Source: Candidatus Hodarchaeota archaeon
Lineage (GTDB): Archaea > Asgardarchaeota > Lokiarchaeia > Sigyniarchaeales > SOKP01
Assembly: GCA_048887225.1 (NCBI GenBank)
Contig: JBHLJY010000032.1
Location: 1-20,867 of the forward strand
Length of the DNA: 20,867 nucleotides
Reading direction: 5' to 3'
In this document: positions 7,538-15,670 of the stretch, in pieces
Layout: every line of letters begins with the position of its first letter
How positions within the stretch are numbered: position 1 is the stretch's first letter
Notes under the pieces: model-generated
Told to the model about the DNA's origin: nothing
Seen by the model: the letters and a program-made list of their open reading frames with translations, nothing else
The model's database searches: none
Made by a program: the position numbers and the translations under genes

Positions 7538-9457
7538 ATGGTTTATAAAATAATGGAAGGAGAGAGAATTTCTTATCATAAATCGGTACAAAAGGTTTAT
7601 GAAAGAATTAAAAAAGATGATATGAATACTATCTGGGACCGATTTGAAGCTCAAGGATTTGGAGGAGTCCCTGATAAAAGATGTCCATTTTGCTTGAAAG
7701 GAGCTCGCTGTGATCTATGCTCTAATGGACCTTGCCGCTCAGATGCCTCAATAGACAAAAGAGGAGTATGTGGAATTACTGCTGATGGAATGGCAATGCG
7801 AATGATGTTATTAAGAAATGTTATGGGTGCCTCAACCTATCATTATCATACTGAAACTACCTTAAAAACTCTAAAAGCAACTGCCGAGGGCAAAACCCCT
7901 TTTAAAATTAGTGAGCCTGAGAAATTGAAAGATTTTGCTCAGAAGCTGGGGGTGGATACATCGGGTTCAGCTAATGATATTGCAATTCGCTTAGTCGAAT
8001 TTGCTAAAAATGATTTTAATAGATCTTATGACCACCCAAGTAAAATTGTAGAAGCTTTGGCACCTAAAGAGAGACAAGAAGTTTGGAAAAAAATTGGGAT
8101 TTTTCCAGGAGGAATTTATGGTGAAATGATGCTTTCAACGAGTTCTTGTCTGACAAATGTCGATGGTTTTTATGCGAGCTTAGCTTTAAAAGCTATGAGA
8201 CTTGGTGTTTCGATGGCGTATCAGAGCCAAATAATTAACGAATTTTGCCAAGATATCTTGTTTAACATTCCGCGACCTCATAAAATGCGTGTAAATCTCG
8301 GTGTTTTAGACCCTGATTATGTTAATGCATTACCTAATGGTCATGAGCCCTTTTTAGGCTTTGCTATGGTTCAAGTGGCTCGAAAACCAGAATGGCAAGA
8401 AAAAGCAAAAGCTGTTGGTGCGAAAGGATTGCGAATAATTGCCAATATTGAAACTGGACAAGAGATGATACAACGATGGGAAATGGATGATGTGTTTTAT
8501 GGATTTACTGGTAATTGGATAATGCAAGAAGCTGTATTAGGAAGTGGTTGTATTGATATTTTTGTCTGTGATATGAATTGCTGTATGCCCATTGATCCTA
8601 AATATGCTGAAAAATATAAATTTAAATTGATTCCTGTAAGTGAGGTTGTAGCTTTTGAAGGGGTTACTGAAAGATTAGATTATATTCCAGAACAGGCAGA
8701 AGCTCAAGCAGAAAAACTTTTACAAATGGCGATCGATAATTTTAAAGAACGCAGAGCGTCTATTGAACCAGTTCCTAATTTGGAAATGGGTGAAGCAATA
8801 GTTGGATTCTCTACAGAAAGCATTGTTGATGCCCTTGGCGGAAAACTTGATCCTTTATTAGATGCAATTAAAAATGGAACAATCAGAGGTGTTGTTGGGC
8901 TAGTTTCTTGTACAACTTTAAGGGATTACGGTCAAGATGTACATACTGTGAATGTCGCTAAAGAACTAATTAAGAGAGATATTCTAGTATTGTCTATGGG
9001 CTGTGGAAATGGAGGATTACAAGTTGCGGGGCTTTGCTTACCAGAAGCTAAAGATTTAGCAGGTCCAGGACTTAAAGCTTTATGTGAAAAATTGGGTATT
9101 CCACCTATATTGAGTTATGGTACTTGTACGGATACAGGGAGAGTAGCAGATTTGATTGGAGCAGTATCCAATGCACTAGGGGGTGTCCCTGTTCCTGACC
9201 TACCCGTAGCTGCTGCGGCTCCAGAATACATGGAACAAAAAGCTACGATCGATGCCGTATTTGCCTTGGCTTATGGACTTTATACTTATGTCAATCCAGT
9301 TCCAACTGTTACGGGTGGTCCAAATTTAGTAAAACTCTTAACTGAAAACTGCAAGGATATTACAGGGGGTATTTTACATTTGGAGACTGATGCAACTCAG
9401 GCCGCGGAGGGAATTTTAACTCACATTGAAGCAAATAGGAAAAAGTTAGGAATCTGA
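7538..9457 (+). CDS. cooS: Anaerobic CO dehydrogenase (CooS)/prismane-family protein, atypical CooS-V-like variant
   Basis: B-cluster C58/C61/C66/C78 (CDLCSNGPC...GVCG). C-cluster positions NGH269, DMNC348, VSC458, MGC489, GTC530, plus K568. However ANIE305TGQE replaces GICCTGNE, Y101 replaces the catalytic His, and the D-cluster is C49xxC52. Confidence 0.85.
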   Translation: MVYKIMEGERISYHKSVQKVYERIKKDDMNTIWDRFEAQGFGGVPDKRCPFCLKGARCDLCSNGPCRSDASIDKRGVCGITADGMAMRMMLLRNVMGASTYHYHTETTLKTLKATAEGKTPFKISEPEKLKDFAQKLGVDTSGSANDIAIRLVEFAKNDFNRSYDHPSKIVEALAPKERQEVWKKIGIFPGGIYGEMMLSTSSCLTNVDGFYASLALKAMRLGVSMAYQSQIINEFCQDILFNIPRPHKMRVNLGVLDPDYVNALPNGHEPFLGFAMVQVARKPEWQEKAKAVGAKGLRIIANIETGQEMIQRWEMDDVFYGFTGNWIMQEAVLGSGCIDIFVCDMNCCMPIDPKYAEKYKFKLIPVSEVVAFEGVTERLDYIPEQAEAQAEKLLQMAIDNFKERRASIEPVPNLEMGEAIVGFSTESIVDALGGKLDPLLDAIKNGTIRGVVGLVSCTTLRDYGQDVHTVNVAKELIKRDILVLSMGCGNGGLQVAGLCLPEAKDLAGPGLKALCEKLGIPPILSYGTCTDTGRVADLIGAVSNALGGVPVPDLPVAAAAPEYMEQKATIDAVFALAYGLYTYVNPVPTVTGGPNLVKLLTENCKDITGGILHLETDATQAAEGILTHIEANRKKLGI

Positions 9458-9460
9458 GTA

Positions 9461-9491
9461 TTTTGAACATGTTCGAAATTAAAGTTATATT
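9461..9491 (+). promoter_or_regulatory. Palindromic TTTGAACATGTTCGAA site plus TATA-like box upstream of the 4Fe-4S protein gene
   Basis: GAACATGTTC is a perfect 10-bp palindrome at 9465-9474, followed by TTATAT at 9485. It matches the site at 7436. Confidence 0.5.
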
Positions 9492-9544
9492 CCGATTAAA
9501 GTTCTAAATAATTAAGAAAATAAATAAAAAAAAGGGGAATAATA

Positions 9545-10330
9545 ATGACTGAAACAAAACAATATAAAAAAATTAATAGGAAAATAATAGAAATTGATGA
9601 TGATCTCTGCACTGGATGTGGAAATTGCGTTACTACTTGCGCTGAGGGTGCGCTTGAAGTTGTTGATGGAAAAGCTAGAATTATAAAAGAAATTTTCTGT
9701 GATGGTTTAGGGGCTTGTATAGGAGAGTGTCCTGAGGGTGCCCTGAAAATTATCGAGAGAGAGGCGTTTGAATTTGATGAAGAAGCGGTAGAAACTCATC
9801 TAGAAGAAATTAAATTTCAAGAAGAAATTAGCCGCCATATAGCAACTGAGGAACCTGGTAATATGGCTTGTGGATGCCCTGGATCACGAACAATGACTTT
9901 TGTTGAATCTGATGATGCAGAGGAACAAGTTTTAGAAGGTAAGGTAAAATCACAATTAAGACAATGGCCCGTTCAAATGCATTTAATCTCGCCTTTAGCA
10001 TCTTATTACCAAGGAGCTGATGTTTTGCTAGCAGCGGATTGTACAGCATTTTCATACGGAGGATTCCATAGCGAACTTTTAAAGGGAAAAGCGATAGTAA
10101 TTGCTTGTCCTAAACTCGATCAAGGTCAAGAGAGTTATATTCAAAAAATTAAATCTCTTATTGATGATGCAAAAATCAACACATTAACAGTTGCTACAAT
10201 GGAAGTTCCTTGCTGTCGGGGTTTACTAATGCTCGCGCAAGAAGCAGCAAAAAGGGCAACGAGAAAAGTTCCAATAAAATATTTAGTTATTGGGATACAA
10301 GGAGATCTACTCCATGAAGAATGGATATAA
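9545..10330 (+). CDS. 4Fe-4S dicluster ferredoxin-domain protein with Cys-rich C-terminal domain (type often found beside hcp genes)
   Basis: CTGCGNCVTTC and CDGLGACIGECP, then CGCPGS, SQLRQWPVQ, AADC, IACPKLD and MEVPCC motifs. Confidence 0.85.
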   Translation: MTETKQYKKINRKIIEIDDDLCTGCGNCVTTCAEGALEVVDGKARIIKEIFCDGLGACIGECPEGALKIIEREAFEFDEEAVETHLEEIKFQEEISRHIATEEPGNMACGCPGSRTMTFVESDDAEEQVLEGKVKSQLRQWPVQMHLISPLASYYQGADVLLAADCTAFSYGGFHSELLKGKAIVIACPKLDQGQESYIQKIKSLIDDAKINTLTVATMEVPCCRGLLMLAQEAAKRATRKVPIKYLVIGIQGDLLHEEWI

Positions 10331-10380
10331 TTAAAGAATAAAAAACTATTTTTTTAAATTGATTTAGAATAAAGGATGCA

Positions 10381-11037
10381 TTATGCTTCAAATATTATTT
10401 TCTTTCTAATTATTTTTCTTAACATAACAGATAATGCCGATTTTGACTTTCCTAATTCATTTGCCAGATTTTCTAGTGAAATTTTTCTGGGGACTTCAAA
10501 AAATCCTGAATCTATAGCTTTATCCAAAACATTAGATTCCTCTAAACTTAATCGAGCCTTTTCATCCTCAAGATTATATGGGGCTTTCCCAATACGGAGT
10601 AAAGTGAAATCAATATTTTTCTGTTCAAAAAGGGTTAAAAGTTTATCAATTCGATCTCGTGTGGAAATCAATCTCCAATATGCGTTGCCATCTCTAACTT
10701 TTACTGGAAAATCAACTAAGATTCCATGCTTGATTACACCATAAAGTAAGTAAGGATCTTTTGTTTTTACATTAATTTTAATTCTATTTTCTTCCTGTTC
10801 AATGATGCTGAATTCGAATACAGATGCATGATTCTTAATTTCATTACTAACTGAATTGATGTCGTAATAATTTATCTCAACAATTGAATTTCCGATGGAT
10901 TTGTCTAAATCATATGGAAGAAAATATAAAATTTCCATTTTCACATCGGGAAATTTTTTGAAAATTTCAGAAATCCACAGCTGGTCAGGAAATTTAATTT
11001 TTACCCTAGCTAAGCTCGGTTTATTCGAATCCATCAT
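10381..11037 (-). CDS. Transcriptional regulator with C-terminal HTH_10 (bacterio-opsin activator type) domain
   Basis: C-terminal LDKAIDSGFFEVPRKISLENLANELGKSKSALSVMLRK is the typical GYF/YxxPRxxxLxELAxxLGxSxS pattern. Leaderless ATG after AAAAG-TTTTAAAT. Confidence 0.88.
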   Translation of the reverse strand: MMDSNKPSLARVKIKFPDQLWISEIFKKFPDVKMEILYFLPYDLDKSIGNSIVEINYYDINSVSNEIKNHASVFEFSIIEQEENRIKINVKTKDPYLLYGVIKHGILVDFPVKVRDGNAYWRLISTRDRIDKLLTLFEQKNIDFTLLRIGKAPYNLEDEKARLSLEESNVLDKAIDSGFFEVPRKISLENLANELGKSKSALSVMLRKIIRKKIIFEA

Positions 11038-11110
11038 TAATTAATAGATAGTAATAAATTTAAAACTTTTTTAGGATTAATTAATAAAAAATAAAATAAC
11101 TTGTTATATT

Positions 11111-11710
11111 ATGGTGGAAAATAAAAATTTATTATTAGGTTTGTGTGGAAGTCCACGAAAACAAGGAACTGAATTCGCTATCCACTATGCCTTAAATTAT
11201 GCAGCTAAAAAATTTAATTTTGAAACAGAATTTTGGACGGTTAGGGGAAAGACAATTAAATTTTGTGTGCATTGCGATTATTGCATTCGAGAGAAAAAGG
11301 GATGTGCTCATGTTGATAATTTGGGAGAACTTTATCCTAAAATTGAGGAAGCAAAATTTTTGTTATTAGGGACTCCTGTTTTTCAAGGAAATTTATCTGG
11401 GCAACTAAAAGCAATAATGGATCGTTGTCGTGCATTACTCGCTATAAATCCGAATGTATTTAAAAATAAAGTTGGAATAGCTCTAGCAGTTGGTGGTGAT
11501 AGAAGTGGTGGTCAAGAAATCGCAATTAGATCGATTTTAGATTTTTATCAACAAAATCAGATAATATGTGTTTCAGGTGGAGCATTTGGAGCTAATCTGG
11601 GTGCGAGTCTTTGGAGTAAAGATTTAGGAAAGAAAGGAATTGAACAAGATGAGGAGGGTTTAAGGAGTATTAGAAAAGTTATAAAAAGGTTAGCCGAATT
11701 TAAAAAATAA
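11111..11710 (+). CDS. Iron-sulfur flavoprotein (Isf; flavodoxin-like, NADPH-dependent FMN reductase family)
   Basis: GSPRKQGT phosphate loop, compact CVHCDYC-x6-C cluster motif, GTPVF, LKAIMDR and GGDRSGGQE. Confidence 0.9.
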   Translation: MVENKNLLLGLCGSPRKQGTEFAIHYALNYAAKKFNFETEFWTVRGKTIKFCVHCDYCIREKKGCAHVDNLGELYPKIEEAKFLLLGTPVFQGNLSGQLKAIMDRCRALLAINPNVFKNKVGIALAVGGDRSGGQEIAIRSILDFYQQNQIICVSGGAFGANLGASLWSKDLGKKGIEQDEEGLRSIRKVIKRLAEFKK

Positions 11711-11745
11711 ATTAAGACTTGTACAAAGAAAAGAAATTAATTACA

Positions 11746-12051
11746 TCACATTTTAAATAAATTTTTAAAGAGTTTTTTAGCTTCTTTTTTCTTAAGTCCT
11801 GATATTCCCCATAATTCGTTAAAATGATATTTTCCTTTAAACATTACGACTGGTGTATTAACAACACAGCCTTCTTCATCACAAAACATTTTTACAAAAT
11901 TAGGATCATGTAATAGTTGATGTACAAACTTTTCATCCTCAATGTCTTGTTCAACATACGATAAATTATTTTCTTTCATCCAATCTTTTAATTCAATGCA
12001 TCTTGAACAATCTTTTTTTGTAATGATTATAGGTAACTGAATTTCAGACAT
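11746..12051 (-). CDS. Glutaredoxin/NrdH-like redoxin
   Basis: TKKDCSRC active site and NTPVV cis-Pro motif, plus an extra C-x4-C (FCDEEGC). Confidence 0.75.
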   Translation of the reverse strand: MSEIQLPIIITKKDCSRCIELKDWMKENNLSYVEQDIEDEKFVHQLLHDPNFVKMFCDEEGCVVNTPVVMFKGKYHFNELWGISGLKKKEAKKLFKNLFKM

Positions 12052-12260
12052 ATTAAATATAAGAATAATAATTATAAAAAAGTTTGATCTTCTAAATTAT
12101 AACTTAGATAAGCGTATCTTTAGGTTATTGCTTAAAATTAATAGCTTTATACAATCTAAAATATTAAAAACTTCATCAATTTTCTTTCAGATTTCTTTTA
12201 ATTCTAATACAAAATCTATAAATTATAATCAACAAATTCTAATTCCTAAAGTTTCTTTTT

Positions 12261-12716
12261 ATGATAAATATGTCCAATTCTAAAAACGAATCTTTCAATA
12301 CGGCTATAAAAAATTTATTCCATGGTGATTCATGGGAGCAAAGAGCTGCAGCTGCCATTGAACTTGGAAAATTAAAAGATTCTCGCGCTACTAATTTATT
12401 AGCAAAAGCCATTAACTCCGAAAAGGATTCTGTTGTAATTAATCGCATTATTGAAGCAATGGGTAAAATTAGAGATCCAAAAGCTACAATGGTTATTATT
12501 CATTTTTTAAAACAAGAATTAGAATTTCCAGAAGAAGAACAAAATAAAAATAGATTGTTTGTAATTATTGAGAGCTTAATGAAAATAGGAGATAAAAGAG
12601 CACTGGAGCATTTAGGCATTTTACTTAATTCTTGCGACAGTGATATCAGATCTTTAACTGAAGACGCTTTTGAATGTATTGACCCAAACTGGAAACAAAA
12701 TATTAAAAAAACCTAA
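12261..12716 (+). CDS. HEAT/PBS-lyase repeat protein
   Basis: Repeats RAAAAIELGKLKDSRA, RIIEAMGKIRDPKA and IIESLMKIGDKRA. The start could be the ATG at 12270. Confidence 0.85.
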   Translation: MINMSNSKNESFNTAIKNLFHGDSWEQRAAAAIELGKLKDSRATNLLAKAINSEKDSVVINRIIEAMGKIRDPKATMVIIHFLKQELEFPEEEQNKNRLFVIIESLMKIGDKRALEHLGILLNSCDSDIRSLTEDAFECIDPNWKQNIKKT

Positions 12717-12774
12717 ATAGTTAAATTTACAAAATAAATTATATTTGATTTTAAAATAAATAAATCGAAAAGTA

Positions 12775-13095
12775 ATGACTACTGAAGAATTAATTGATAA
12801 TTTAGCAATACCGATTGATGGAGAGAAAGATGAAAGAGAAATAACCATTTTTACCTTAAGCACATGTATGTGGTGTAAAAAATGTAAAAGATGGCTGAAT
12901 GAACGGAATGTTAAATATAGATATATTGATGTGGATAAAATACAATACTCCCAAAAGTCGGAAATCCTAAAATATCTAAAAAAGAATTATCAGCAACGAA
13001 TATCATACCCATATATGGTTTGCGATAAAAAAGATGTAGTTGTAGGGTATAATCCTGGTAAATATGAAGAATTAATGAAAGGGGGGAGAGAATAA
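12775..13095 (+). CDS. Glutaredoxin family protein (methanoredoxin-like partner of the ferredoxin:disulfide reductase)
   Basis: TLSTCMWCKKC, YRYIDVD, ISYP and VVGYN motifs. Its stop is 1 nt before the FTR-family gene. Confidence 0.88.
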   Translation: MTTEELIDNLAIPIDGEKDEREITIFTLSTCMWCKKCKRWLNERNVKYRYIDVDKIQYSQKSEILKYLKKNYQQRISYPYMVCDKKDVVVGYNPGKYEELMKGGRE

Positions 13096-13096
13096 A

Positions 13097-13465
13097 ATGG
13101 AAATGGAAACTAAAGAAGGAATGATGGAATATTGTAAGAAAGTTTGTGAGACAAATAAGTGGATTTTAAATAAAGACGAAGAAACATTAAATGATTTAAT
13201 AGAAGGGCTTGTAGATAATAAAAAGATGTATGGATATCAATCATGTCCTTGCCGGCTTCCATCAGGTAAAAGAGATCTAGATCGCGATTTAATTTGCCCA
13301 TGTGATTATGCCCCAGCAGATATTAAAGAATATGGTGCTTGTTATTGTAATCTATATTTACGTCCAGATTTCCATGAACGCGGAGTAGATTTCATAACTG
13401 TTCCCGAAAGAAGACCTGTAGACAAAGAAGAAGCAGTAATGCGCTTTATAAATGAACAAAGTTAA
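13097..13465 (+). CDS. Ferredoxin:thioredoxin/glutaredoxin reductase catalytic subunit (FTR-beta/FDR family)
   Basis: CPC...CPC...CYC motifs (YGYQSCPCR, DLICPCDY, YGACYCNLY) and VPERRP. GGGGGAG SD upstream. Confidence 0.92.
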   Translation: MEMETKEGMMEYCKKVCETNKWILNKDEETLNDLIEGLVDNKKMYGYQSCPCRLPSGKRDLDRDLICPCDYAPADIKEYGACYCNLYLRPDFHERGVDFITVPERRPVDKEEAVMRFINEQS

Positions 13466-13538
13466 AATCCCCTTAACTGAAATCCTTTTTTATTTTATAA
13501 TTATAATCTTTAAATAATGCAGATTCTCAATTTATTAC

Positions 13539-13697
13539 ATGACATATAAGAAAGATATAACTGATGAGGAATTAGAGAAAGAAATAGAAAAAGCCTTTAA
13601 AGAGGATGAGGCAAAACGAGACCATTGTGGTACTGCTCTTCCCAGTTCTAAAGAAATCGGAGTTCAAAGGGAGAATATAAAGGTTAAAAAAGAATAA
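13539..13697 (+). CDS. Small charged hypothetical protein with a single Cys (52 aa; not in ORF track)
   Basis: MTYKKDITDEELEKEIEKAFKEDEAKRDHCGTALPSSKEIGVQRENIKVKKE*. TTTAAATA box at 13509-13516 lies 22 nt before the ATG. Purine-rich, coding-like composition with a T-rich tract after the stop. Confidence 0.65.
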   Translation: MTYKKDITDEELEKEIEKAFKEDEAKRDHCGTALPSSKEIGVQRENIKVKKE

Positions 13698-13801
13698 TTT
13701 AAATTATTTCTATTTTTGTCTCTTTTTTTAAATCGTTTCCTATAGATATAAAGAAAGATATTAATTATTAAACTTAAGTTCCATTATTTTGGGTGATTTC
13801 A

Positions 13802-14776
13802 GTGAAAGAGAGAATAAAAGGAAGAAAGAACTTTCCGACTGAAGAAGTGGATCCAAATAATTTCCTTTCAGATGAAGATATTAGAAAGATGGTTAAAAAT
13901 GTTGAAAATATTAAATTTGACCAAAACGATTTCTTTAAACTTTATAATTGTGTTCTATGCGGAGAATGTGAGACTGATATGGATCGCATTCTGTTAAAAC
14001 AGAAGTTTATACTAGATGGGAACATATTTGAAGGATTTGGCGAAATGCTTGAGAATTATGAAAAATACCGATCTCCCTATCCAACAAATAAGATGCGTAT
14101 AAAAAAACCAGATGGTGTACCTAAATCGTCAGATACACTCTTCTTTATGGGATGCCTTTCAACCATTAGAATTCCCAGATACACTGAACATGCTCTTCAA
14201 TATTTTCTTAAACAGAAAATTGATTTCACAGTTTTAGAGACTGAGATCTGCTGTGGATGGCATTTATTTGCAAGTGGATTAAAACGAGAATTTGAAATTT
14301 GCTTAAAGGAAAACTTTGAGATTTTTAAAAGATTTAAAAAAATTATTTGTCTCTGCCCAGCATGCTATTACTTATTCAATACTTTTTATAAACTAAAAGA
14401 TTTAGAATTTAAATATATAGCTGATTATTTAAAACCTTCAGAAACTAAAAAAGAAGGAAGAATTGGCATTCAGCATCCATGTCATTTAATATTCCGAGAA
14501 AGAGGAGATTTAGAGAAATCAGTAGAAAAGATTTTAAAAAAGAGTGGTTATACAATAAGAGATGTTCCGCATTGGTGCTGTGGCGGTGGAATAGGATGGA
14601 TGGGAAGAACGGATGTGATTGATGCGATTGCTAGAAAAAGAATGGAAGATTTTAATAAAGAAAATATAGATTATATAACAACTTACTGTGTAAGTTGTTG
14701 GTGGATTTTAAGAAGATATAGCAAATTGTGTAAAATCAAGCCAAAACCAAGAGATATTTTTGAATTACTTTTATGA
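13802..14776 (+). CDS. CCG-domain Fe-S protein (HdrB/HdrD/GlpC-like), N-terminally reduced
   Basis: FMGC...ICCG...CPAC and QHPC...WCCGGG...YCVSC form two CCG domains, with a single CVLCGEC motif at the N-terminus. GTG 13802 is preferred because the track's GTG 13793 lies inside the GGTGA SD. Confidence 0.85.
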   Translation: MKERIKGRKNFPTEEVDPNNFLSDEDIRKMVKNVENIKFDQNDFFKLYNCVLCGECETDMDRILLKQKFILDGNIFEGFGEMLENYEKYRSPYPTNKMRIKKPDGVPKSSDTLFFMGCLSTIRIPRYTEHALQYFLKQKIDFTVLETEICCGWHLFASGLKREFEICLKENFEIFKRFKKIICLCPACYYLFNTFYKLKDLEFKYIADYLKPSETKKEGRIGIQHPCHLIFRERGDLEKSVEKILKKSGYTIRDVPHWCCGGGIGWMGRTDVIDAIARKRMEDFNKENIDYITTYCVSCWWILRRYSKLCKIKPKPRDIFELLL

Positions 14777-14787
14777 ATTCAATTTAT

Positions 14788-15648
14788 TTATATAATTTTA
14801 TTGATCAGTTGGGGGATATCCCACGGTAACTGAGCAATTGAAGCACCTGCATCTTGTAATGCCTTAATTTTTCCTTTTGCAGTTCCAAAATTTCCAGATA
14901 TTATTGCTCCAGCGTGTCCCATACGTTTACCTTCAGGGGCGCTTTTCCCTGCGATATATGCGATAATAGGTTTCGATACATTATTTTTAATGAATTCTGC
15001 TGTTTTTTCTTCCTCATCACTTCCAATTTCACCAATAAGGACAATTAATTTCGTATTTGGATCTTCCTCATAATACTTGACTGCTTCAACCATCGTTGTT
15101 CCTCTAACAGGATCTCCACCAATTCCAATATAAGCAGAAACTCCTATTCCTGCATCTCCTATAGCTTTTGTTATTTCGTAAGAAAGCGTTCCACTTTTTG
15201 ATATAACAGCGACATCACCATAATGGCATATATCACTCGGCATAACTCCTAATTTAATTCTTTCAGGTATTAGCATTCCAGGGCAATTTGGTCCTATTAA
15301 ATGTAAGTTTTTTTCTTTGGCTATTTCAACAAGTCGAACCATATCGAAAATTGGCAAATTTTCAGTTATAATGCAGGTTATTTTTATTCCTTCGTTTAAA
15401 CTTTCTGCTATAGCATTATAAGCAAAAAAGGCGGGGACAAATACAATACTTGTATCAGCATCTTGTTCATTAATTGCTTCTTTTACTTTGTTATACACTG
15501 GTATGCCATGAACTTCTTGACCCCCCTTTCCTGGTGTAACCCCCGCAACAATATTAGTGCCGTAATCAAGCATAAGACGGGTATGAAATGTTCCTTGATT
15601 TCCCGTAATGCCTTGAACCATAACTTTTGATTCCTTTTTAATATATAT
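14788..15648 (-). CDS. sucD: Succinyl-CoA synthetase alpha subunit (probable ATA start)
   Basis: VQGITG, GVTPGKGG, IGPNCPG, SKSGTL, GIGGDP, GEIG and phospho-His motif RMGHAGA. The frame extends upstream as IYIKKESKV, matching the usual SucD N-terminus. Confidence 0.93.
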   Translation of the reverse strand: MYIKKESKVMVQGITGNQGTFHTRLMLDYGTNIVAGVTPGKGGQEVHGIPVYNKVKEAINEQDADTSIVFVPAFFAYNAIAESLNEGIKITCIITENLPIFDMVRLVEIAKEKNLHLIGPNCPGMLIPERIKLGVMPSDICHYGDVAVISKSGTLSYEITKAIGDAGIGVSAYIGIGGDPVRGTTMVEAVKYYEEDPNTKLIVLIGEIGSDEEEKTAEFIKNNVSKPIIAYIAGKSAPEGKRMGHAGAIISGNFGTAKGKIKALQDAGASIAQLPWDIPQLINKII

Positions 15649-15670
15649 TTCTAATCACCTTTTAATATGA

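Noticed and set aside
7538-9457. Evidence for a Wood-Ljungdahl pathway or carboxydotrophy
   Set aside because: No ACS/cdh, cooC or cooF genes in the window, and key catalytic residues are substituted.
9828-10744. ORFs 9828..10055 (-) and 10376..10744 (+)
   Set aside because: Antisense overlaps of the 4Fe-4S protein and the HTH_10 regulator.
12239-13301. Minus-strand ORFs 12239..12448, 12654..12863 and 13110..13301
   Set aside because: Shadows of the HEAT, glutaredoxin and FDR genes.
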